Positions 1-8,045 of a stretch of 64,000 nt of DNA are shown here, piece after piece. The first letter of the stretch is position 1; each line of letters opens with the position of its first letter. Origin of the DNA: a virus (lineage: Duplodnaviria > Caudoviricetes); IMG/VR virus record IMGVR_UViG_2974720701_000001, positions 35,518-99,517 of that record; one strand, written 5' to 3'. The position numbers and the translations under genes are program-made. A model generated the notes under the pieces. It made no database searches, was not told the origin of the DNA, and worked only from the letters and a program-made list of their open reading frames with translations.

Positions 1-1
1 T

Positions 2-784
2 GAATCACCTAATCCTCCTGGTTTAAGAAGAGCATTAAATATTGATTTTACATTAAAGCAAAATGTACCATTGGTAACGTTTGTGTATTCTGCTCCTTTT
101 ATTACCTTACTTGATGATCGTGAGTACCAGTATCTTATTCGTTTTTTAGTTAGAACACCAGAACAAAAGCATCAATATATAGATATTCAAGTAATATATA
201 GAGTTCCTACAGGAGGAGATCAAGGACCATTAATAGATAAAATGGTGATCGCTATAAATAATCATCCATATATAGGAGAGAAGGTTACAGCTGCCAGAGC
301 TGGTAACACATTGACGATCACTGAAAAAAATGATCATATTACTGATTTCGATATCAATGGAAAAGAGAAATTTAAAAGATTTGATTGCAGTGTTAGTATC
401 ATGCGTAATGATGTTTACAATCCCATTTTTCCTAAAGATGAACGATTTGTTGAACAGACTGTGAATTTAACCAGGACACCAGTTGAAGGCCTTGGTAATT
501 GGCAGCAAGTAGCTTCAGATGAGATAGCATACTTAGGAAGATCAGGTATTACTAACACAACAGAATTTCCTGTTGTTATACCAAAACCAAGAACTGAGAA
601 AGGCGAACGATATAGTCTTGTTGAGGTAACTAGCAATGCGAAATACCGTGATGCAGATTGTAAAGTAAAAGAACAGAGAGACAGAATAAAAGCATATGTA
701 AAAATCCTTGCTGCAGACACAGACCCTTCCGATTCATGGGCTAGGTTAACTCGTCAGTTAGGAACATTAATAAATATAAATTAG
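2..784 (+). CDS. Auxiliary capsid/decoration-like structural protein, paralogue 1 (5' end outside the window)
   Basis: The frame is open from base 2 (ESPNPPGLRRALNIDF...), so the TTG start at 71 is probably not the true start. It shares motifs with the next gene (NxHPxI...TAxRAG..[LI]TITEK; GxGxWQxV...E...GRxGITNxTEFPV..P...G..YS), resembling crAss-like auxiliary capsid proteins. Confidence 0.6.
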   Translation, partial: ESPNPPGLRRALNIDFTLKQNVPLVTFVYSAPFITLLDDREYQYLIRFLVRTPEQKHQYIDIQVIYRVPTGGDQGPLIDKMVIAINNHPYIGEKVTAARAGNTLTITEKNDHITDFDINGKEKFKRFDCSVSIMRNDVYNPIFPKDERFVEQTVNLTRTPVEGLGNWQQVASDEIAYLGRSGITNTTEFPVVIPKPRTEKGERYSLVEVTSNAKYRDADCKVKEQRDRIKAYVKILAADTDPSDSWARLTRQLGTLININ

Positions 785-798
785 AAACAAAATAAACC

Positions 799-1758
799 AT
801 GTATAATCCTTTACATAATGTTCTTCTGATTGGAACAACAATATCAACAAATACTGAAAATACTAGTGTTGATACCCTGACAGCAGGACAGCTTTCTCTT
901 GTATTTGCACGTACAGGAATAATAGTAAGAAGCAGCGGAAATATGGCTAATATAGCAGGATTGCCAGTTTATATGGCATACAAAAAGAACAATGGAGATT
1001 TAGTAGCATCGCCTGCTTTTAAAGTTGAAACTGCAGTCATAGCTCGTACAAAGGCTTATGTGCCGATGACGCCTAGAGCAGATACAGTCACATTACCAGG
1101 TACTTTCGCCGCAGGTTCGACATACACAATAAGCTTATTGCTTCAAATGCCTGACTTACCTAGGCCTTATACCGAATTTATGGTATCTATGGTTTCTGGA
1201 GGAACATTCACTACACAAGATGAATGCGCTATAGAATTAGCAAGATTACTTAATGCACATCCAGTAATTAAAAAAGCCATTACAGCAACTAGAGCAGGAG
1301 CAGTTATAACAATAACTGAAAAAATTCCTGACTATGATATTATGCAACGTCAACGGTTTGTAAGAAACCAGTATCAAATAAAAGCTACTGCAAAACTTGC
1401 TGCAGCTAATAGTCAACCAACAGCTCTAGTTCCGGCTTCAACAGCTGCATATACACCAGGACATGGAGCATGGCAGTTAGTATCAGACCTTGAAAAAAGA
1501 AGCCAAGGACGGTTTGGAATAACAAACATTACTGAATTCCCTGTCACATTGCCTTCTACAATGACTATTCAAGGAAGAGCTTATTCAGGAGTGTCAATAC
1601 AAGCTAGAATACCAGATCGCGATGCAGCTAATGCGCCTATAACACGAGACATATATATTCAAACATACCAATTTCGTGGTGATGGAGCCGATATGGCAGT
1701 AGATGCAGCAGCTGGGCTAACAGATATAACACAACAGCTTACTAACGCAGGTTTTTAA
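799..1758 (+). CDS. Auxiliary capsid/decoration-like structural protein, paralogue 2
   Basis: 319 aa, Thr/Ala-rich beta-type sequence with C-terminal GHGAWQLVSDLE...GRFGITNITEFPVTLP. A-rich leader with no Shine-Dalgarno sequence, adjacent to the capsid module. Confidence 0.6.
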   Translation: MYNPLHNVLLIGTTISTNTENTSVDTLTAGQLSLVFARTGIIVRSSGNMANIAGLPVYMAYKKNNGDLVASPAFKVETAVIARTKAYVPMTPRADTVTLPGTFAAGSTYTISLLLQMPDLPRPYTEFMVSMVSGGTFTTQDECAIELARLLNAHPVIKKAITATRAGAVITITEKIPDYDIMQRQRFVRNQYQIKATAKLAAANSQPTALVPASTAAYTPGHGAWQLVSDLEKRSQGRFGITNITEFPVTLPSTMTIQGRAYSGVSIQARIPDRDAANAPITRDIYIQTYQFRGDGADMAVDAAAGLTDITQQLTNAGF

Positions 1759-1786
1759 GATATAGATATATTTAAATTTTTAATCC

Positions 1787-2941
1787 ATGCCAGAGGAAAA
1801 CAGTGAAGTACTCGACTTGATGGATACTTCCAACGATTCATTCGCTGGAATGCCAAAGTGGAGTGACGAAACGGGGACAGACGGGCAACAACAAGCCCAG
1901 GATGGCACACCTGCACCTCAGCAGGCCCCACCAGAGCAGCCGCAGGCACAACAACCTGAAGCTAAGCCGGAACAGAAAGAGGAAAAGACAGAAGCTCAAG
2001 CACCTGAAGAAGATGCCTTCAAAGACCAGAAGCCTTATGATGAGGAAGAGGAGGAAGGCGGAGCTGATGAGCCTGCTCCACAAGAGCAAGGAGAGCCACT
2101 AACCGAAGAGGGCGAACTAGTTAATAAATGGTTCGACGTTTTGGTGGACGAATACGGTTGGGGAAATATACCCGAAGAAAATCGTCCAAAGGATATGAAA
2201 CAGTTTTCCGAGTATGTCGTAGACATTATTCGAGAGAATTCTGTTCCACAATATTCTCACCCAGATGTACAAGCTCTCGACGAGTATGTGAAGAATGGTG
2301 GAGACATTAACACTTATCTTCGCACGGCTTCTGAGATTAATTATGACAATGTCAACATCAATAATCCGCATGATTGCCAGATGGTTATCGCGCACAACTT
2401 GAGGTTGCAGGGTTTTAATGATAAGCAGATAGCCCACAAGATAAACAAGTACACTGAAGCAGGATTACTGCAAGACGAAGGTGCATCATCATTAGCAATA
2501 ATGAAGAGTTGGTCAAACAGCCAAAAGCAAGCACTCGTACAGAGACAGCAGCAAGAGGCGCAAGCAGCTCAACAACAGGATGCAGGGTTCGTACAGGCCG
2601 TAGCCAGTGTGATGGATCAGACACAAGAGGTGTTTGGCATGCCGCTCTCTAGGAGAGACAAAGCCGAGCTCTTTGAGTATATGTTCACTCCGGTGAATGA
2701 GTATGGTCACTCACGGTTTGCTTTAGATTACTCCAGCAATCCAGACTTCTTAGTCAGGAACGCTTACTTGTGTATGAAGAAAGATAAGGCGTCAAGGAAC
2801 CTCCGTTCAGCGGGAGAGAAAGATGCAATGAGTAGATTCAGGGATACTATTGCTAGACAGAATGTAACAAGAACAAAATCAGCTCCACGAAAGGGTCGCT
2901 CAGATGAGAGCCGTCCATTCTGGGAGATAGCTAAAATATAA
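1787..2941 (+). CDS. Putative capsid scaffolding protein (conserved crAss gene preceding the MCP)
   Basis: 384 aa with a long acidic, Gln/Pro-rich disordered N-terminus, a helical core (LDEYVKNGGDINTYL; KINKYTEAGLL) and a basic C-terminus. Lies directly upstream of the MCP. Confidence 0.7.
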   Translation: MPEENSEVLDLMDTSNDSFAGMPKWSDETGTDGQQQAQDGTPAPQQAPPEQPQAQQPEAKPEQKEEKTEAQAPEEDAFKDQKPYDEEEEEGGADEPAPQEQGEPLTEEGELVNKWFDVLVDEYGWGNIPEENRPKDMKQFSEYVVDIIRENSVPQYSHPDVQALDEYVKNGGDINTYLRTASEINYDNVNINNPHDCQMVIAHNLRLQGFNDKQIAHKINKYTEAGLLQDEGASSLAIMKSWSNSQKQALVQRQQQEAQAAQQQDAGFVQAVASVMDQTQEVFGMPLSRRDKAELFEYMFTPVNEYGHSRFALDYSSNPDFLVRNAYLCMKKDKASRNLRSAGEKDAMSRFRDTIARQNVTRTKSAPRKGRSDESRPFWEIAKI

Positions 2942-2958
2942 TTTAACTTAAATCAACA

Positions 2959-4431
2959 ATGGACAATTACATAAGCAAGATGCAGGTGTACCGCGGTGAA
3001 AGACTGCATGGCTTTGTGGATGAAACGATGTTAACAAACGCGTTGAAGTTGGCCCCTAAACAACTACCACAGACCATATCGTTAATCTACGGTACTCACT
3101 ATTCTAACTATTCTTCTGGATTGGATTTATTAACTGGAGGATTAGGCCATAAGATTGAGCTAGATAAGCCGTCTTATGAATGGACAATCGAGGTAGAAGA
3201 CACAGCACCAGTAGATGTTATTTGTGCTTACTCATTAGGCACATTAGTTTTAGCAGCTGCTAATGCAGGAAAGAACCTCGCAACTTTTCAAATAGTATTA
3301 AAGGAACCAGCATTCGGTGCAGGTGCAATAATAGAGCTAGATGATAAAAATTATCAGCTACGTATAATGAATGAACCAAATCCACGTGATGGATATTGGG
3401 AATATGATGTAGTAAATGCAACAGGAGACCCTACTTTGGAAATACCAGGCAAGTACCTTCAATCAACAAACAAGGTTACTCGTGCAGGTAGTGCATACGA
3501 AGAAGGATCAGACGAAGCAGATATCATCAGCTACTCAACTGGTATGAAATTCCGCAACTATCCAACGATCATGCGTTTGAAAGTTGATATTACCGGTTCA
3601 GCAAAGTCTGATGTATTAGCATTCGCTCTTAAAGACCCTGCTTCAGGCAAATCATCATACTTATGGGCAGACTTCCAGATATGGAAAGCTACTCGTGACT
3701 TCATGATGCGTCGTGATTACCAAGCATGGATGGACAAATCAACCGTTCGCGCTGATGGCACATTCTTATTGAGAGGTAAGAAAAATGTTATCAAACGTTC
3801 AGCTGGTATAGACGAACAGATTTCACCAACAAACATTCTTCAGTACACTGAATTGTCAGAAGAAATTCTAGACAACTTCACCATGATGTTATCATACGCT
3901 GTTAAAGGCATGAATGAACGTAAGTTCTTAGTCTTAACTGGCGAAATGGGAATGCGTGAATTTGACCGTGTATTGAAAGCTAAATTAGGAACATTGAACG
4001 TACATGTTGAAGACACTAAGTTTGTTAGCGGAAGCGGACAAAACTTGAGCTTCGGTGGACAATTCACCTCATGGAAGTTCCCTAATGGTATAGAAATCAA
4101 CTTAAAGTTGCTTCCTATATTAGATGACATTCAACACAACCGTCGTTTACATCCTGTATCAAAGAAGCCTATTTCTTCATACACTATGTATTTCATCGAC
4201 AACACGTTCCGTAATGGTCGTTCAAATATTGTTAAGCTTTACAAGAAAGACCGTGAGTTCGTATCTTGGGTTATTCCTGGTTCTTGCTCACCAAGCGGAT
4301 TCCAAAAAGGAACAAACTCTTTTGGAGCAAACCCAATCGACGGATATTCAGTACACTTCTTATCAGAAGTTAGCTATGCTATCCTAGACCCACGCGGATG
4401 TGGTAAGTTAGAGTACGCTCTAGCAGACTAA
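2959..4431 (+). CDS. Major capsid protein (crAss-type, HK97 fold)
   Basis: 490 aa. Motifs TGEMGMREFDR, LSFGGQFTSWKFPNGIEINL...PILDD, HPVSKKPISSY and DGYSVHFLSE...DP..CG match crAss-like MCPs, and codon usage looks like a highly expressed gene. Confidence 0.9.
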   Translation: MDNYISKMQVYRGERLHGFVDETMLTNALKLAPKQLPQTISLIYGTHYSNYSSGLDLLTGGLGHKIELDKPSYEWTIEVEDTAPVDVICAYSLGTLVLAAANAGKNLATFQIVLKEPAFGAGAIIELDDKNYQLRIMNEPNPRDGYWEYDVVNATGDPTLEIPGKYLQSTNKVTRAGSAYEEGSDEADIISYSTGMKFRNYPTIMRLKVDITGSAKSDVLAFALKDPASGKSSYLWADFQIWKATRDFMMRRDYQAWMDKSTVRADGTFLLRGKKNVIKRSAGIDEQISPTNILQYTELSEEILDNFTMMLSYAVKGMNERKFLVLTGEMGMREFDRVLKAKLGTLNVHVEDTKFVSGSGQNLSFGGQFTSWKFPNGIEINLKLLPILDDIQHNRRLHPVSKKPISSYTMYFIDNTFRNGRSNIVKLYKKDREFVSWVIPGSCSPSGFQKGTNSFGANPIDGYSVHFLSEVSYAILDPRGCGKLEYALAD

Positions 4432-4474
4432 GCGTAAGTATAAATTTCGGGGGTGACCCCATGACATAATAGAT

Positions 4475-5269
4475 ATGAACATCAAAGTAGATCATATACA
4501 AAGGAAAGACGGAACATCTCCAATGGTAAAATTTCCGGGATGTTCCACGACTTTAACACCATACATGACCAGAAGTGGTCAGATATTCACCGGTCTATCA
4601 GAAGATCGCGTAGAAGAGTTCTCAAAAAAACTGGGTATGCCAGCAGAGGCTCTCCGTCCACCTGAATTTAGGAATGCAACAAGTCCTGCGGGTAAGTACT
4701 GGAGGACCTTTTCTGTTTCTGTACCTCATGATGGACTCACCCTCGACACATCAGACCCGTTTGATGAGTTGGTTTATGTTTTTCTCTCTAGTCACCATTT
4801 GGTTGCTAAGGATGAACAGCATGTGACTGCACACCATCGGTTAGTTATGCGTAATGAGGATGCTGAAGCAGTAGTAAAGAACACTAAAGAAAAGATGATA
4901 CGTAAGTGTTATCGTGAACTAGATAAGATGTCTAGTGAACAGATGCGCACAGCACTCAGACTTCTTGGTGTACGTACAGTAGGCTTAAGCAACGAGATCG
5001 TTGAATCTAGACTGACAGAAAGGATAAAAACAGATCCTCAGTTATTTATTTCTCGCTGGATTGACGATAAAGACAAAGAAATCAAGAACTTTATCGAAAG
5101 AGCTATAGAGGACCGAATCATTACCAGGAATAAGAACATTTACACCTTTGGTACTGATACTCTAGCACACTCATTAAGCGAATGTGTAACATTCTTTAAG
5201 GATGCTAAAAATGCTGAGATGTATAAGATGATAAATCAAACATTAGAAGCAAAGCAGAAGATTAAGTGA
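4475..5269 (+). CDS. Conserved crAss capsid-module protein following the MCP (gene-75-like)
   Basis: 264 aa with motifs TGLSE...LG, YWRTF, LTLDTSDPFDEL.Y.FL, DPQLFI and AIEDRII.R....Y.FG. Position immediately after the MCP is as in crAss-like phages. Confidence 0.7.
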   Translation: MNIKVDHIQRKDGTSPMVKFPGCSTTLTPYMTRSGQIFTGLSEDRVEEFSKKLGMPAEALRPPEFRNATSPAGKYWRTFSVSVPHDGLTLDTSDPFDELVYVFLSSHHLVAKDEQHVTAHHRLVMRNEDAEAVVKNTKEKMIRKCYRELDKMSSEQMRTALRLLGVRTVGLSNEIVESRLTERIKTDPQLFISRWIDDKDKEIKNFIERAIEDRIITRNKNIYTFGTDTLAHSLSECVTFFKDAKNAEMYKMINQTLEAKQKIK

Positions 5270-6048
5270 AGATAAATATCAAAGCACTCAAGGATGCGTT
5301 CATGACTGAATGCAACAGAGTGACTAACCTTAGTATTGGTAGGGATTACTTTCAGGACTATGAGGTAGCCTCATTCCTGAACAATGCCTATTATAACTGT
5401 GTTAATAAGCGTTTATCTATACTAGACGAGCGGTTTATGCCTGCAGCTGCCAGACCACAAGCACCTCCAGGACCATCGTTAGCTAGTGATCAGCGTATAG
5501 TGCAGGAAATGGGCGATCTATATATTGGCGGACAAGCGTCCCTAATAGAAACCTATAATACACCTAGAGGAGTGAATGATCAGATAGCATATAAGGACAC
5601 AAGACATTTTGCTATTCCATTTATTAACTCAGCACCTTTATACTTATTAACAGTACAGATACTTGAACCTGGAAGTTCAAATACTCCAGCACAAGCATAT
5701 ATATGCAGACCATTAACAGTGTCTGATGCACCTAAGTTTACTATGTTGTACAGAGGGCAGAAATATATGCCATATATGTATTACCGTATACGTAAGAATG
5801 TTTTTGCTAAAGCAGCATCAAATGTCTGTTCAGGCAAGCCTACAGAAGAGTTCTATGTAGAGATCAATTGCCCATCAGCAGGAGGTGGAAAATTCGTTAT
5901 TGCATATGAAGGCATAGCTATGCCACCACCAATAACAGAGAATGATATAGCTATGGAATCAACAGCGAACGTAGCAGTATTATTTGGTTATGAGATAGCA
6001 GAAGAAGCAGCAATACTAGCCATGCGTAGCATGGGTGAAAAACACTAA
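5266..6048 (+). CDS. Tail ring (head-tail/tail barrel) protein paralogue A
   Basis: GTG start overlaps the upstream TGA (GTGA). N-terminal LKDAF...FQDYEVASFLNNA and C-terminal GYEIAEEAAILA are shared with the next two genes and typical of crAss ring proteins. Confidence 0.65.
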   Translation: MKINIKALKDAFMTECNRVTNLSIGRDYFQDYEVASFLNNAYYNCVNKRLSILDERFMPAAARPQAPPGPSLASDQRIVQEMGDLYIGGQASLIETYNTPRGVNDQIAYKDTRHFAIPFINSAPLYLLTVQILEPGSSNTPAQAYICRPLTVSDAPKFTMLYRGQKYMPYMYYRIRKNVFAKAASNVCSGKPTEEFYVEINCPSAGGGKFVIAYEGIAMPPPITENDIAMESTANVAVLFGYEIAEEAAILAMRSMGEKH

Positions 6049-6051
6049 GTT

Positions 6052-7101
6052 ATGAGACTGAATGTATACGACTTAAAAAACGCCTTCTTAGCGTTCTGTA
6101 ACAGACTATCTCAGGTGTCTATCACACAACACGGTACATCTCACGAAGGATATGATGTAACAGCACATAAGAGCTTACGTGGCACACCGAACCTAGATGA
6201 ACTACAAGAAAAGTCTGGTGTAACGGGTATAGAGTCACAGTTCCTTGCAGCTGGCATAGACTTCTTCACTATACACGAGATATGTGCATTCCTAAACACC
6301 GCCTGGGAGCGGTTACATGAAGAGAAAACAAGGGAGATTGCGTCTAGACTGATTGGTGATGCTGGTGTAGTAACATCAGTAGACTCATTAATCAAGGAGC
6401 ATGGTACATTAAACCGTATGACTCCACTGATTAAGGAGGTTGATGCTAAGACAGGATTACGTTTTGGTACTGCAAGATATAATGAACGTTCAGCAGAGAA
6501 TGCACGTATATTCGTCATTCCTAAAGAGATACGTGAGTTTGGTGAACCAACGATCATGTCTGTACAGATTGAAGGGTTTGATGCTAACAGGCTTAGTCAT
6601 AACTGGCCTAAGTTCTCTCGTATGTGTAGGTTCGTTGGTAGTAGCGAGATAACAACTCTTATCAATCTAGCATCTAACAGTAGGTACGCTGCAGGAGCAT
6701 TGTGCAGGCAACGTAGATGGCATGGAGAGATAGAGACGATAGATTCAGATAATTACAATGACTACAGAGGAACAACCAGGCCTGGGTATTCAGTTATAGA
6801 GGTTTTCCACTTCAATGATGAGTTTAATAGAGCTAACACATCTGGTGCTTTAGCTAACCTATGGAAAGCCAAAGAACTGTTTTGTGTGTTTAGTTATATT
6901 GCTTACCCACCACCATTACTTCCAGAACATTTTGATGAAAAACATGTATCAGCATACACAGAAGAAGAAGAGCTCAGAATGATACAAGAAAGAGATGCAA
7001 AAATCGTACCTTATAGGGTTTTAGAAGTTGAATATGGGTATCAGATAGCATACGAAGCGGCTAAGTTAGCCGTAGGATTTTCAGGCGGAGGTGGCTCATG
7101 A
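6052..7101 (+). CDS. Tail ring protein paralogue B
   Basis: LKNAF..FCNR ... FTIHEICAFLNTA ... GYQIAYEAAKLA, with an N-terminal insertion relative to paralogues A and C. Confidence 0.6.
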   Translation: MRLNVYDLKNAFLAFCNRLSQVSITQHGTSHEGYDVTAHKSLRGTPNLDELQEKSGVTGIESQFLAAGIDFFTIHEICAFLNTAWERLHEEKTREIASRLIGDAGVVTSVDSLIKEHGTLNRMTPLIKEVDAKTGLRFGTARYNERSAENARIFVIPKEIREFGEPTIMSVQIEGFDANRLSHNWPKFSRMCRFVGSSEITTLINLASNSRYAAGALCRQRRWHGEIETIDSDNYNDYRGTTRPGYSVIEVFHFNDEFNRANTSGALANLWKAKELFCVFSYIAYPPPLLPEHFDEKHVSAYTEEEELRMIQERDAKIVPYRVLEVEYGYQIAYEAAKLAVGFSGGGGS

Positions 7102-8045
7102 GGACAACAGTAGCAGATTTAAAAGCAGCATTCATTTCCAGCTGTGCAAGACAGAACGGCTTGCCAACAGGACGTACGCAGTTTCAAGACTTTGAGATTG
7201 CGCATTTCCTTAATATGGCATATGCAGACCTAGTCTACGAACGTGTAGAAGCACTAAGACTAGAGATGAAGAAGCTTACTATGGTAGCTAACACAGAGGT
7301 TTTATCGCGTGATGTAGCCTGTGGAGATATACTCATGGAGCTAGGCTCATTGCATGTTACTCTGCCTATGCAGACTGAACAGCATGACTTAGCTGGAGCA
7401 GTAACGTATAATGAATCTAAGCTATGGGGAAGAGACACAAGAACATTTGAAATCCTTCCTTATAATGGTGCTATGCCATACCTGATAGCAGCTGATCTAA
7501 TACAAAGAAGAGGTATAGCAGGGAATCCTGAAGGTCAAGGAGATCAGTTCTATTATTCGTTCCCTATAAGGATTTTTTATGGTCCAGAAGTGTTACAGCA
7601 TTCACTATTGCTTAGACAAGCAAACACAGGTCGATTACCATACAGGATTGGACGTGTACGACCAGAAAGCACAGCTCTTGCGCAGAATGTGACTTCTAGA
7701 GCAGTAACGTCTATATTTGGTAGGTTCCTGGGATTCTTTGGTATGGGAGGCGGCAGAGTAGACCCTTCTGGAGGTGGTGTAGATAGACCAGATGGATTAC
7801 GTACACAGATGTATTTGCTAGAGGTATTACATAGACGCACTTCTAACTCACGCAATGATGTAGAGTGTTGTATGGAGATCATTGGTAATCCTGAGGTCAT
7901 AGGAGAAGAAGAGATTATTAGAGAGGTACAAAGACCTATTGAGGTAGGTTTTGGATATAAGATTGCCGAGACGGCTGCACAGAAAGCCATGGCATCATTA
8001 AGCGGTGGTGCACAGTTGCCACCACAAACACAACAACGTACATAA
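7098..8045 (+). CDS. Tail ring protein paralogue C
   Basis: ATGA overlap with the upstream gene. LKAAF...GRTQFQDFEIAHFLNMA ... GYKIAETAAQKA. Confidence 0.6.
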   Translation: MRTTVADLKAAFISSCARQNGLPTGRTQFQDFEIAHFLNMAYADLVYERVEALRLEMKKLTMVANTEVLSRDVACGDILMELGSLHVTLPMQTEQHDLAGAVTYNESKLWGRDTRTFEILPYNGAMPYLIAADLIQRRGIAGNPEGQGDQFYYSFPIRIFYGPEVLQHSLLLRQANTGRLPYRIGRVRPESTALAQNVTSRAVTSIFGRFLGFFGMGGGRVDPSGGGVDRPDGLRTQMYLLEVLHRRTSNSRNDVECCMEIIGNPEVIGEEEIIREVQRPIEVGFGYKIAETAAQKAMASLSGGAQLPPQTQQRT

